Source of the DNA: Lama guanicoe
Lineage: Eukaryota
Length of the DNA stretch: 64,000 nucleotides
NCBI GenBank assembly: GCA_013239625.1
Contig: MU053873.1
Location: forward strand, 1,502,524-1,566,523
Direction: 5' to 3'
Shown here: positions 28,830 through 42,840 of the stretch, piece after piece
How positions within the stretch are numbered: the first letter of the stretch is position 1
Layout: each line of letters begins with the position of its first letter
The notes under the pieces: generated by a model
What the model was told of the DNA's origin: nothing
The model's database searches: none
Seen by the model: only the letters and a program-made list of their open reading frames with translations
Program-made: the position numbers and the translations under genes

Positions 28830-29400
28830 TGTGTTACAGAAATCACTATTGGTATATTATGCAAGATGTCAAAAACTCATCCCCCAAGACAATGTTGTTA
28901 AATGTAGCTAAATAGGTCTGGCTAGAACAGGCGATGTACAAAAATAACTTTAAAGAATAAAACCGGGAAGAGTGTTGAGAGACCACAAGGACTTGAAAGC
29001 AGAAATTAAAAGGAAAATCCAGAGAGCAAAGCAATATGTTTCTCATTGGGCAGAGTTCCCCTGAGAGACCCTGTATTAAAATACTCTTTGACATTGCATT
29101 TGAATCCTTAGCTTCCAAAGGCCACTGATACCACAGAGGCCCAACAGTGTGTAATGGTTCCTTCATCTCCTGGGCCTCTAGACGCCTCCTATTACAGCCC
29201 CGCATTTAAAAATAGCAGGGAAATGAGGGAAAATCATAAACTAGCTATAATAAAATTAGTGCTTGCGTGAAAGACTATTGCCAGAGAACAGCTTTTAGAA
29301 GGCCCGGTGCTGCCAGAAGGCCGCTGGGTGTTGGCAGTATTCAGGCATTCACTGGCCAGCATGTTGAGACCTGAATTAGACGTTTTATTAAAGATAGAGT
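28830..29400 (+). mobile_element. Possible very old CR1/L3-type LINE reverse-transcriptase relic
   Basis: Frameshifted motifs in CR1 order: KDLKAEIKRKIQRAK, a degenerate LDFQKAFD-like stretch (ttagcttccaaaggccactgat), KDYCQRT (compare KDRKQRV) and SGI...SMLRPELDV(F)IKD (compare SGVPQGSVLGPVLFNIFIND). Confidence 0.4.
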
Positions 29401-31579
29401 GTCTTTTCTTCATGGTCATGAGTGTAAAAAGGTTTTTTTTTAAGTAATAGAAAATGGATCAGAAAAAATAGATTGTCATAATAAGTGTTACTTTCTCGCC
29501 AAGATAGAGAAGTAGAAATTATATAACTTTGAAGAAGAAATACTACTGCTTTTCTCAAGAAGACTAAGTGAAGGGTATCTAAAAGCTAACATCTAAGAAA
29601 CTATATGTCTAGATAAGGAACACTACCACCACTAACAAAAAACTAATTCTCCATTAATTTGTAAAGGGGAAAATGTAATCTGTGCAGGGGAATTAGACAT
29701 GAAAGTATGGTGAGGACTGTTGCATTTCCCGTTAAATGCGTACTTGTAGAAGATCTGGAATTCTCATTACAACATGGAAGGAAAACTGATTCTCTCTTAG
29801 AATCAGGTATTTTCAAACTAGTATGTCACAGAGCCTGCTCTGGTTCAGTGGTTCTTGCTACTAAATATGCAATACCGTGGCAATTGGCTTTCGTTCCCAC
29901 ATTTATCATTAACATTGATGAGTCTTGAAGTCAGTCTGCCTTCAAGGATGCATTTCAGTGACCTGGATGAAAAGATTTTTACCTAAGCTCATGAATCAGT
30001 GCTGTAAAAGGACTTGAGCTGGCATAAGCCGCAGCCGTCTCTGCTGTCGTACTTGTAGTTCTTTCCTGTGCCCACCGCAGGCAGCAGTCTGGATCATGTG
30101 TTTCTGTGATATTTGTATTTCTGGCAGCCTTGGAAAGAATGAGCTGGAGGTTTTCAGTACTAATACTGTCACAGAGGCCATTTGAGTGAGAACCTTGGTT
30201 AAATCTAAAAAGTTGGTTCTGCATCCAAAGCTTCCATTTCAAGCAAAGTCTCCACTAGGGCTCCGGGGACCAGACCGTTAATATGGTTCATATTCTCCAC
30301 TTGCTTTTAATCTCTTGGGTGTACAGCCTGTGCATCTCTCCACTCTGAGTGAGCAGAAAAGAACCTGTGAGCCTGTTCTTGATGGCACACTCAGCTTCGA
30401 CATGCCCTTTAGGTTTAAATAAGATAAAATATCCAATATTAAACTTTGAAAATGTCAGTAAAAGGATTTTTACTGCAGCTGACCAGCTCTAGTCTCAAAG
30501 GACTTGATCTCTGGCCTGTTCTGTTACTTAGATATGTGGGATATAAATCATGTTAGAGAGATTGCAAACACAATTACTGAAATCTTGAGCAAACACATTT
30601 GAATTTAGAAACACTCTAATTGATGTTATTCGTTTTACTATATCTAGAGAATGCCCACTTCTCATTAATACTGCAGGTTTACTGTATTCCTGGGTGATGA
30701 CTGAACAATAGGATTAGTAGAACTAGGTTTGATCTATATGATGAGCTTCCTCTGAAGAACTTAAACGTATTTTATGTGTCTTAGCACATTTGGTATCGTG
30801 ACTCTCAGACATTCATGTTTTCTTCTTCTTCTACTTTCTCTTGGTACAGAAACAATTGGACATCAGTGAAGGACCACAAGAAAGCAATGACTTGGGTCCT
30901 CCTCTCATCAAATTTTAGAAACGCTATTTTGGCTTGCCTTATTCCTGTTTGTTAAATGTAATTTGCCTGGGCACCTAGCTGTTTTAGTGTCCTCAGTGGT
31001 TATTAAATGGAGTGGATTTCCTAGCTTATAAAGTTTCTTCTAGATTGATATGCCAAGATTAGACTCTCAAATACTGGAGAAGCCTTTTCAGGAAATAGGA
31101 ATAGAAATCCAGCTGTTTTTTTCTTCTCACTAGAAACTAGTGTTTTTGTAGAGTTAGGCAACTGGCTTCTATCAAGATACAGAATGAGAAATCACAGAAA
31201 TTGGAAATAGGAGATACACTGTATACACTTAGCCCAGAGGGGTAGTGCAGTACTGTGCTATTCCCCTATGTGCACCTAGGAGGTCGACTATTGTACAAGA
31301 TAGTTTTCTGAAATGGATATAATCTTAGCAACTCAGTATCCTTGATGCCTCTGATTTTGAGTTTAAAAGTAGCATAATAGGAAAGGTCTCATGTTTGATG
31401 CAACTCTGTACTAAAATATAACTGTTTACAAGCACCTGAAGAACAATGATTTCCCAAACCCTAGTTTAAACACACACAACTCTTGTCATAGTTGAGATGC
31501 TGTCATGTAGTCATTCTGATGGAGTCTGGGCTTTTATAGGGTTTGCAAGTAAACAATTTTCACATGCTTAATAATCATA

Positions 31580-32010
31580 TATATCAGTTTTCTGTTGCTA
31601 CAGTAATGCCTTATGACAAAGCAACCACAAAACTTCAGTGGTTTAAAACAATACACGTTTATTTTTGCTTACATAGCTCTGATCAGAGCTGGGCTCAGTG
31701 GGGCTTGCTTACGTGTCTGACTTAGCTGGTCAGCTGGGTGCTGGCTTGGCAGCTTCCTTGATCTTGCCTAGCCTCTCTTTCATATCTTAGACGTCCCCTG
31801 GGACAACGTGTAGAGTTCTCCAGTGGGTCACCCTGGGCATGCTCTTATGATGAAGGCAGAGGGGCAAGTGCTTGTCAAGGTTCTGCTTGTATCACAGTTG
31901 CACATTTTATTGGTCCAAGCAAGTGAACTTGACTGAGCCCTGAGTCATTACCACATCCTCAGTGGGAGGAGTAAAGAATTGGGGCTTTCCATGCTATTAC
32001 TCTGCCACAG
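31580..32010. mobile_element. MLT1-type (ERVL-MaLR) solo LTR
   Basis: tatcagttttctgttgctacagtaatgc...accacaaaacttcagtggtttaaaacaat...ttttattggtccaagcaagt...ctctgccaca is typical of old MLT1 LTRs. Confidence 0.7.
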
Positions 32011-33479
32011 TGTGGTAGCTTAGTTATCTGAAAATGACATACCCAGGTTACAAATATTTTAGTATGGTTTTCAGTATGACTCCTATTAACTTATTGTCTG
32101 TCTTGAGAAGGAAGAACAGGACAAAGGTAAATAAAATCAATTTATCTCTGTAACTTGACTCCTATCCTGCACCTCATATGCTCACTCGTCACATTGCACC
32201 TCTCATGGTCTCATGAAGGGCTGACTTCTGGTAGTCAGTCTCAGGTCTGATGAACTACCCTTCCCCGTGAGGAAAGCCTTGGTTCTTCATTGCTAGTTGG
32301 GATTTGCAAGATAATATATTTGTCATCTTTACCTGCCCTTAGGACAGAAAAGTCAGACCCCTGAGGCTAATATTTGGCCAATCCCTGCCTTAGGGCTTAA
32401 TGGAGTTATTTGTATGTAATACATGACTCCTTAGGATCCTTGGCAAATAGCGGCCTTATGCCTAGGTCTGTCAGTGTAGGTCTCTCATTAAGGCTGGTTT
32501 TATTTTATATATGTATGTATGTATTTATGTATGTGATTTTTTAATTTAAGAAGGAAATCTCGTAGTTAATTGTATCAAAGATGAAGCTATAGAAATAGAT
32601 TGTTTATATTGTTTTGGTAACTAAGTGATATTGTGGATATATCAGACTTATTTGAGATACTTTGATGTGAATAAGAGAAGATCAGAGAAACAAATTGGAT
32701 AATGAATATATTGCTTTGAAAAATGTAACTTTAATTTAGCCTTGCTGCAGTGTAGAAAACGCTATTTTTCTAGTTTAGTGGCTCAGAAGTATCGTTTGCA
32801 TAAAGTCTAATTTACAGAGTCGGTAGCTGAGATAAATATTTGTGTCAGATACAAATGGCTGCAGGGTTGTGTTAGTTTTAATAGTTCAAGCTGTAAAACT
32901 ACTCTTACATGACAAACAAGAGACACCAAGAGGTCTCTGCTTGAACTGATGACTTTTACTTTGGATTTTGCCTAGAATCACAGTATGCTGAAGGAGATTT
33001 TAGCCTTGATTTTGCTTCTAAGTATTCGTGATTCCATCTTCTTTGTTGTCATTTCAGGGTAGCAAGAGAGAGAAAAGGAATAGACGTCCAAAGCCTGAAG
33101 TTGTTTCATCTGTTTTTCATAACAAATTTTGTTGTCCCTGCTTAGTTAGGAGACTTCTGTTAAAATGTTTCTGATTATAGAGTCTTAGAATATTAGATCT
33201 CAAAGGACCTTACAGATCATCCAGTCCAGTGTTTCCTGGACTAGGTTCTGAATTGTATTCCGTAAGTTGTTTGAAGTTGTTTCAAAAATAAAAGGGTTCT
33301 AATGGGCATAGTAGGTGTGTGGCATCATGGTTAAAAAGTAAGCTTAGTAGAAGTCTTTCTCCAGAAGCCCTCAGAGCTTTAAATGTGTTAACGTACTTTG
33401 TCAGTTATAAGGGGATTAGGTAGAAAGGTTAATTAAGTAGGGAGGGTGACTCAAATTTACTTGAATTTTTAAAATATGG

Positions 33480-33950
33480 AACACCTATTAACATCTATCA
33501 GAAAGATCCAGTTAAAATAGTAAGATAGAGTATATGACGCTCAAAGCTATTGAAACAGGTTCCCATCTCACATAGGACAAAAGCCAGGATTCCTACAGAG
33601 GCCCCAAGACCCTTCAAGGCCTGATCTCCTGTTTCTGTCCAACTTCCTCTCCTGGTTCTCTCTGCCCTGCCCCAGGCGCCCTGAACCTTCTCATGGAGGC
33701 CTGCTCGCATCACCCTGTTGCTGATACAAGTATCCCCACCCCCGGCCTGCACCTATCTTTCTCCACAGCGCATGATGTCTTCTATGTACCAACTATGTTG
33801 TTTCCTTATTTAATTTTTATTGTCTGTTTCTTGCTGCTAGAATACTTGTACGTGATAACACTGTTTTGTGTATTTTGTTCTCTATTGTATCCCCAGCATC
33901 TAAAATACTGCTTCACACATAGTAGATACTCAATAATTATCGTGTGATTG
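33480..33950. mobile_element. L2 LINE 3' fragment
   Basis: tcccatctcacataggacaaaagccaggattcctacagaggccccaagacc and the terminus cacatagtagatactcaataattatcgtgtgattgag. Confidence 0.7.
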
Positions 33951-36900
33951 AGCTAACTGTCCTTGGGAGAAATCAAGAGTCTAGATTAGGGTGGTATTCC
34001 TGAGGCTAGGAAGAAAGGTATAGACTTCTGCCACCTCCATCTCAAGCAGGCCAGGCAAGGGTGCAGAGGCAGAAGCAGAGCAGAAGGATCCCCTCTGTGA
34101 AGTCCATGTGTGAGGAAAGACAAGTCATATTTGAGTCATACTATGACCTTACAGTGAATGTGGTGACAGTTTCCTTCTCAGGACCAAGGATGAGAGGGGG
34201 AGTATGAGGAGACAGGATGCTTCTGAAATAAGAGTAGGTGATAGTGCTCATGTTACTATGCTGAGCTCTCCTGTAATTACAACCAGTGTCACAGGAAAGG
34301 ACAAGGGCAGCCCTCCAGGACTGAGGGTTGACAGTGAGCCCCGAGTCTAGAGCTGAATTGGTCCTGAGTCCAGGCGACACTGGCCTGTCATTCTTTAAAC
34401 ACATGTTTACAGGATGCCAAATCATGCCAAACAAGTTATACAGGGAAAACACTCGTTTTGGGGATACTGGTTTTCCAAGGACAGAGTTTGTTGTTGCTTT
34501 GTTTTCACAGAATTTGTTCATTTGATTTCTGGATTTTGATAATTTCACCTTTTAGTTCCCAAATTCATCATGTTACAGATGAGTTCCTTTTTGTTTTTCA
34601 AAAAATAATTGAAGGCTAGGTTGGAGATTTAGGACTGTAATAATTTTACTTCTTGCCCCAAAGAAATAGAGATTTTGTTTTTAGCTGTTGGGATTCCTTT
34701 CTGCTATAAAATATTTATCAAAAAGATACAAAAGAAAAACTTTAAACCCCATTCTTTTCTAGATGGGTAAAATACACCACTTATATTCCATTAGCTGGAA
34801 AGGAATGGATGCAGTAGTCTCCTGGAGAGTTAGTCCAAAATTTGTTCCCTGTAAAGCAAAATGTTATGTTGTACAAAATCACAGCTACTAGTTTTCCATT
34901 TCTTTCACCCTTGCTTCATAAAAAAAGAATTGTTTAGAGATATGTTTATATCCCATGAGATTATACTTTAGGACATGTAATTGCCCTAAACAAAGCACAA
35001 GCTCTGCTAATTCCTAATAAATTATTACGTCTTCCACATCTGTTTTTGTCTTTTCTCTGAAGCACTCATCCAAGAGAACACAGTATTAACTGAAAATACC
35101 AGAATTGTGGAAAACATTTTTCTAATAAATGCATTGACAGTTGATTTGTTGTGATTAGAGGAAAACCTCAGGAGTAGAGGGTTTGGGGCTGAAAACTGAC
35201 TTTCTGCCTCTGCTGCCAGCCGGTGTCTCCTTCTGCCCTTTCCCCTCTCCTTGTGATTTCCTCTGAGAGAAAGCATGTGACCCTGTCACCACAGTTTTTG
35301 ATGCCAAATATCTAAGTGTCTTTAAAATGCAGCAGAACACTTTTAAAGGCAAATAGTGCAGTAGTTTCAGCTGACATTTCCATTATAGCTGCTCTTAGTG
35401 GGTTCTACACATCATGCATAAAGGTGGCGAGATGATTCTTCTTTTTAAAAAAATCATGATGCAAACCCATTGAGCTGTCTTTTCATATTTGATGCTCCAT
35501 CCATTGAACGTGCCACACATTTTTTTTCTTAGAAATGCAATTTGATCTGAAGATATCTACAATAGTCTGGACTAGATTTTTCTAGCATTTGTCTTATATT
35601 TTAGAGATACAGCCATTTCTCATAGTTTTGTGACATACCTAAGTATTTCTGAGCTAACATCAGTTACATTGTTATCGCTAGTATTCTGAGTCCAAACTGG
35701 AAAAAAAAAAAAGGTTGAATTGCCACCGCTACTGCAGTTACTGTCAAATTGTTGTTTTGTGTAGAAGCAAAAATTGTATTCTCAGACATTGTGTACAGTG
35801 TTCATTTTTGCATCTTAAAACTTTTATTAAATCCATTTTTATCCATTCTTTAAATATTTAATGAACACCTATTATGGTCTGGGAACTATGTATGATGACT
35901 TCAATACAAGGATGAACAAGATTCAGTCCCTGCCTTTGAAGAGCTCATAATCCCAGAGAAAAAGGCAGATAGGTAAACAGGAAAATTACAATTACAGCAA
36001 TAATAAATTGCTTCTACAGAGCTATTGCATGTCTGTGGTATGTGCACATTTACCACACTTTACCAGTTGAGCTCTCCAAAAATGGACGACCAGAATCCCT
36101 TCACTTCCCTTCACTACAGCAATGCTCCAGAGATCATCTTTGGATTTGTTCTCCTCTGGACACGTATGAGACTTTCTTTGGAATATGCACTCAGAGGTGG
36201 AAATGTGAGGTCATAGGACATACATATACTAGATTTAACCCCAAACTGCCAGATTCTTCCCTGCAGTTGATACATCAGTCTCTGTCTCCACAGATGTACT
36301 CCTCTGTCCTACGTCCCCATCAGCACGTGGCGTTCTTCAGCATTCTAATTGTTGTTGGTCTAAGAAGTGTAACATGCTTCCTAATTGTTTTAATTTGCAT
36401 TCCTTTCACTGAAATGCAATTGAACCAGTAAATCTGAGCATCTGCTTCCCTTCTTTTTAGCCTTTGAGTTCTCTCTTCTATAAATTGTTAGATGTTGTTG
36501 TGGGGGTTGCTGTCTTATTAACCTGCAGGCATCTTTCATATACTCCAGAGTTCAGGTCACTTGCCAGTTTTAGACGCTGCAAATGCCTTCTCCTGTTGCC
36601 ATCTTTGTTGTGAGTGAGTTTGTGTAATTAGTTGTATATTTTATTGTGTATTGCCCTTATTTTATAAGAATGAGTGGGAAATTTAAATATAAAAGTGCTA
36701 ATGTTAGCAAAACAATATGTAGATCTCATAAACTAATACAGTTGAGATAAAAATGGAAAATTATTAGCCCTGCCCAGAATAGTACATCTTTATCCTCAAC
36801 TTGACTGTTTCTCTGACTTCTCCTGGTAAATGAAGGAAAAGATTAAGGCTAAGAAACATATATAAAATGCTGGAAATATATCTTTGAAGATCTTGTCTTA

Positions 36901-37634
36901 TAGTTTGGATGTAATTGTAGAACCAGAGCTTCCCTTATAACATGAAATTCCATTGTTTGACCTGTGCACAGTCAGGCTTTGTTCACATTTTCAGGAACAA
37001 TTTATGCACCAAAAGTTGGGCACAGTTCTGTCTGAGAGACTGATTACAAGGGCATTGCTAAGTAACATTCACCACTGTAGGGCACCAACTAATTCTAACT
37101 ATAGTAGGTCTATAAAGTTGTATTTGATTTCTGCTAAGGAAGGTAGAAAATAAGAGAACTAAAAAAGAGTGTAGAAGGGCAATTATTCTATGAAGGAATA
37201 TTTTGGGGGCCTCTTCTTCAATGGTTTTTAATTAGTGTAAAGAAAGGAAGTAGGATTTCTATGAAGACAGTAGTGGTAAAAAAAATCAATTAAGACTTCC
37301 TATAACGTTTGCTTAAAGAGCTTGGGTAAGGTGAACAAACGATGCATAGTTCCTCCTTTCTGACTCTAACCCTTATGTTAACCTTTTTCTCTTCCCAGTA
37401 GCATTATGAATATCTTCAGGTCTCTCCTGTTTAGAAAGAAAAAAAAATCCCTTGACTTTGTGTCCCTTTTTAGCTGCTATGCTATTTCTTTACCACCAAG
37501 TTGAGCCACATTTCTCAAAAACATAATCTACACTTAGTACTGACACTTCCTGACTTTCTAGTCACCCTTTGTTCTTTCCAAAATCTCTTTGATCATTTAA
37601 AAATATTTATTTTATTAGCTTTTCTAAGTTATTC

Positions 37635-37965
37635 TCATATCAGATAATACAGGTTTGATTATCCTACAATAACTATCAACCAAGAAATCTCAGTGGTTTA
37701 GAACAACTAAGGCATGTATTTTGTTTATGCGGTGTGTTCTTTGCAGGTCATTAGAGAGTCCCTACTCATTGTTGTCACTCAGAGACCCCAACTCAGAGAT
37801 CAGCCACTGTCTCGAGCATTACCGGCTGTCATATCAGAGCAAAAAGAGTCTCACCCTGGAACTGACGCATGGTGCTCTCTTACAGGTTGGCCAAGAGCTG
37901 CAGTCGTATATGCCCTGAAGACAAAGAGCTGGAAATATTTGGTGTTAGCACTAATGACAACCAGT
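37635..37965. mobile_element. MLT1-type LTR fragment
   Basis: atatcagataatacaggtttg...aaatctcagtggtttagaacaactaagg...cactcagagaccca. Confidence 0.55.
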
Positions 37966-40447
37966 TATGTCACTTTTCAGGGTTGCTAATTCTCAGTTTA
38001 TTGTGTCTTGTGACTCCTTCTTAGTAAGTGGCTTTCTTGTGTGATCTACACTTTTCTCAGGTTGCAGGATCATCTTTATTGGGAGTGTTTGTGGAAGGCT
38101 TCCCATAGATTGGGTGGCTTTGATTTGCTTCTGCTGAGGAAGCTCATGGATTTCCCTGGTCAAGGACTTATTCTTAATGTTGATTTCTTGGTTTGAGATT
38201 CCATACTATTTGTGAGATTTAAATTCAGACTCCACAGCTGATTAAATTCAAATTCCACAGGTCTGGGGTTTTAGTTTGTTGGTGGATACGGGTTTCTGTA
38301 TAGAAGACAAATGACAAGTTGCCTGTGTCTTCCAAGGATAGTTTTTCTAGTCCCCTTTTCATCAAGGGGAGAAGGCCTTTTTAGAGTCCGTGCTTTGTAC
38401 AAGAGTGTTAGTTCTGGTTCTCTGCCTTCTGTGAACCTAAGACCAGATTTCCTCTTCCACGTTCAAATATTATTCCTTGTCAGATGGCCCCTGGGCCACC
38501 ACTGTATTTGCTCCCATACTTGGTATTTTGGTTTTGAGTTCCCTCTGTTTCTAGCACTGGTGGAACTTTAACATGTTGTCGTATCCCACATTTCTATGTG
38601 TTTTAATGGAAGGAGGTCCACATCTAGGCTTTAGTCACTCTTCAACCATTGTAGTTTAGCTTTTCTTTCCATTTTTATATGCAACTTTCTTTTTTTTTTT
38701 TTTATGGTTCCCAGTTGACTTCCATTTTTTTCAAATCTCGGGATACTTTTCCGCCTTTTGTCTTTCCAGACTTTTTCTGCATCAGGATTCCCGAGTAAGC
38801 ATTCTTTTTGAAATGTTCTTCTTCCTTGGCTTTTCTCTTCTGATTTTTTTTAGTACTTGTTAGTATTTCTTCATTTTCATCCTGGGCTTTCCCATAATAT
38901 ATCCACTTACCAAATGTTGATGTTCTTCAATTTTATTTTTCACTGTGTTCTTCTGTATTCTCTCTTCATATGAGTCCGTATATTTTCATGATTATAACTG
39001 TTACCAAACTATACTTCCAGCCTTATCCTTTCCTTTCCTCATATGTTCAGTGGGCTTGCTGGCCATATGCATTTAGGTGCCCCAGGCTAAGCTTATTTAA
39101 ACCTGGACTTGTTACTTTTGCCTCAAAACTTGTTTCTCTCTATGAATTCCTCATATCACTTAATGGCATAACCTTTTTCCTGGTCATTCAAATAGTAAAC
39201 CGGGTCTTTTATCCTCTCCTTCAATCCCTTGTCTACTAAGACACCGGGAGTTTCTCTTCTAGCTCTTAGATATCTAAAAAATCACTACTTCAGCCATGCT
39301 AATGAAGATGAATCTGGTAGTCTGAAATGAGAGAAAAAGATCCCAGCATCCAGCTTCCTGCAAATAAATAGCTTCTCTCTGGTTTCAGCCTTTTCACTTA
39401 GACAAATGTTTCTAGCAATATGAGACAACACCATTTGCATTTATGGGGTCTAATCATGACAGTCATAGCTTAATTATCTGGCTTCTGTTTTGTAGAAATA
39501 TAGACCATCATCTGCTTCTTCCCCTCCTTGATCTTGCAGCCATTCTCAGCTCAGTAAGTTTCAATAATTGAGCTACAGAAAAGCAGGTGTGGCAGGTTAA
39601 AAGCGATGATTGGAGACTTCATCATCTTATTTCTCATGGTAATATACTGGGGCTCTGTTTTTGTTAGGGAGCTGTAGCTGATGTTAGCCGATGACTGTCA
39701 CTGCTGCTGGATAATGGGACAGGAGTTGTTGAAAATCTGTTGGAATTGCCCTGTCAAATGAGTTAGAGCAAAAGATAGAAATGAAATTACTTCATATTGG
39801 CCCAGGGCTGTTCTGAAAAGAGAGTTGTAGCATGTTACCATGTAGCCCTCTCTCTCATGTGCACAAATTATGATATTGAATCATTTTGTGGCTGTTTCTG
39901 AATTGTGTCTCCATTGCATATAATGCACTTTAATTTCCTCTTCTGAAAAAAAATATTAGTAACTGAATGGAGAACAGCTAGCTGACATGGCTAATAACCA
40001 CTTGTCTTGGGGATCTAGGATAAATGCTTATAGTCCTGTGATTTCTACTTTTAATCACATGGAATATGGAATACTGAGGGAAAGCAAGAGAGAAATTGAG
40101 GTTGATTGATTCAGATTCAATATGTTTTTAATGGATGGTGGAATGGAATTGCCCTATCTCATAGCCCTTTTAATCTTTCAAAGTTTGCATTTTCTCATGT
40201 TTTCTTATCATTGGTTAGGATAAAGATTACAGTTCCAGACATTAGGCTGTGATATATGGCTCAAAACAGGTTAAATAAATTGGTTAAGATTGCTCAATTA
40301 ATTACTACTCCTATGCCACTGTATATTTATGAATCACATTTTATTAGTAGTTCTTTAATGTTGTATTTTTGTTTCCCCTAACAATGTCAGAGCCAGGAAT
40401 GGAGTTCAGCTCTCTCATTTCCAGTTTTGTGGCCATTCCTCTAAACC

Positions 40448-40645
40448 TGATGTTGGCATACTTTTTTGGTAAAGGGCCAAATGATAAATACTGTAGGGTT
40501 TTTTGGCCAGACCATTACAATTATGCAACTCTGCTATTGTGGCATAAAAACAGCCATAGATAGTAAATGAATGTGAAGGGCGATATGGCTGTGTTCCGAT
40601 AAAACTTTATTTACAAAATACGTGGTGAGTGGAATTTTGCCAACC
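40448..40645. mobile_element. MER58A-like hAT-Charlie element
   Basis: gtaaagggccaaatgataaata...caactctgctattgtggcataaaaacagccataga...tggctgtgttccgataaaactttatttacaaaa. Confidence 0.8.
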
Positions 40646-42614
40646 TTTTTTCCTAAACCAGTAGCTTCTAAACTTCTCCTTACTAAAGGGTCTTTTTTAT
40701 TTTCCATCTATAACTCCTTCTAGATGTCCATGTTTTAAAAGTTGGACTTTCAAACAAACTTAATATTGAATGATAATGAGTTTACTCTTTCATTTTTAAA
40801 TTAATGCCAATCAAAACCTGTAGTGGCCATATTTCTTAAAAGCTGTGACCATTGATTCAGATATTGCCTGTGACACTCAGAGTCCATTTTCCTGTCAAGG
40901 GCACAGCCACCTAGATGTGACTTGAAAATTAGATAATGATATAATTCAAGTCCTGAGCTCCAGGGTAGTTGACTGCCTCCTTCATTAGCTTCTGTAGTCT
41001 GTTTTGTGCCAAGCACAGGAAGGGGCCACCTTGCCATCAGGTTATGAGAGAGTAATTCTCTGATATCTGTGTCTGTAGACGTGCATCCTAGCCAGTCTCT
41101 CAGTTGTTCTGCAGCCTTACCCAGCTAACTTAACCCCCAAACTGCTTTCAAAGATAACCCTCACTGTTTGCTGTAGCATAATCACTTCCTTAGGGGGTAA
41201 GCAACTTCTCAGAATTATGTATTGAAATATAGAAGTGATTCAAACCCAAGTATTAATATTTTTGTGTTAAGCAATATGTACTTTTATAATTTAAGAGAAT
41301 TTGGCCTATTAGATCAATGGGTCAACCTTGTGTTCTTAATATATTTAATTGAGTAATTGATTAGACTTATGATTTTGAATTAGTACTTAAGTTTGTAAAC
41401 AACATTGGAATATTTTAGAGGGCCCAGGAATTACCATATTTATAAGAACTACCTACACTCTTTGAAAGGGCTTGTTTGTCAGTCAAGTAGCTGGATAACC
41501 TAAAAAGAGAACTGAATATATTAAATTTATAAATTAGTTCAATGCATTAAATGAGTTTAAGTTAACATAATAGTCTCTCTTTAAAAGTGATAATATTTTA
41601 AAAAAGTGATAATATAGAGAGAATAATAAGAAAACTGAACTTGACATCTTAAGAGTGAAGTAGGGTTTTGAATTTTGAAATATAACAGATAAAGAAACCC
41701 AAGAATGCCTGGCGCATTTTTCTATTTGTGTCTTCTAGGATATTAAAAGGTAAAACCTCACACTGAAATGATCCGTGTGAGTAGTATTGTGACTACACTA
41801 TGCTGATGGAATTCCAGGCAAGCAGAGAACATTTTAGATTGCAGTGCAGTATCCTAGAGGCTTTTGAAATATTGAAAATGGTTTATAAACCTGCATGACT
41901 GTCTTCCAGGACCTTGATTTGCCAGTTACTTACATTAGACACCTCCCTTATGTTAGTTGAATGTTAATTGAAATGTTATATTTAAGTGGCTGAGAGTCCT
42001 CACTTTAATCACAGCAAGAGAAGTGAAACCTCAGAGATGCTGCTCAGAGGCACAGTGAACTGGTCTCAATATGAAACAGCAAGTGAGTGGCTGGTCTTCA
42101 GGCCTGACCTCTGAGGTAATGTCTCAGAACTGAGTTTTCAATAAAATAGATAAAGAATTTTTATTAAGTTTCCTGAGCTGGAAACACATCCATCCTCTCA
42201 TTTTGCTGGACAATGTGTTTACCATTAAGGGCCTGCCCGCCTCAGTGAGAGCTCCAGGCGGCTGTGGAGGGCACGCAGTCCTGCCCCAGGGGACGTGAAG
42301 CTTGGCTGAGTCCCAGTCGCATTATAGGTCCTGGTGGAGGTGCTGCCCTTTTGCCCTTGTCCCTGGGGATTCATCAGTTCCTAGAGCTACTAGAGACTGC
42401 AAGACATTATCTCATTCAGCCCTCTGACTCCAAGTAGGAATTCACTTAAATTATCTCTGGCAGAGGGAGATGTCTTCATGTACTACTTATATTATTCAAA
42501 ATTAATTTTAAAGCTGTATTTTTTTTAAATTACCTGTGGGAGATTTTGTTCTACCTGCTCCTAAGATCTGCGGGGATGGTGAGTCGCTGCGCTGGCCTAT
42601 GAGAGGTAACGGTG

Positions 42615-42840
42615 ATAATCAGACCTAACATGTATCGAGCATTTCTGTGTGCCAGATACTGAGTCAAAACGTTCTGTACACTCACTTATTTTAATCCTCT
42701 CAGCTCCCCAGTGGGGCAGATACTGTTCTTGTCCTCATTTTACAAATGAGGACACTCAGGGTTAGAGCTCCCAAGTGACAGGGTTGGGATTTGAAACCTG
42801 GGTTTGTCTCATTTCAGAACCTCTGCTCTCCACCTCCGTG
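42615..42840 (-). mobile_element. MIR SINE
   Basis: tgtgccagatactg...tttaatcctc...cctcattttacaaatgaggacactcaggg...gggatttgaaacc. Several more MIR fragments lie near 0.8, 1.7, 8.3, 12.2, 16.2, 24.0, 25.1, 26.8, 28.3, 45.2 and 60.7 kb. Confidence 0.8.

Noticed and set aside
34141..36431. 135-aa and 129-aa intronic ORFs
   Set aside because: No recognisable domain or splice-compatible TPR sequence. The second overlaps decayed L1M-like sequence.
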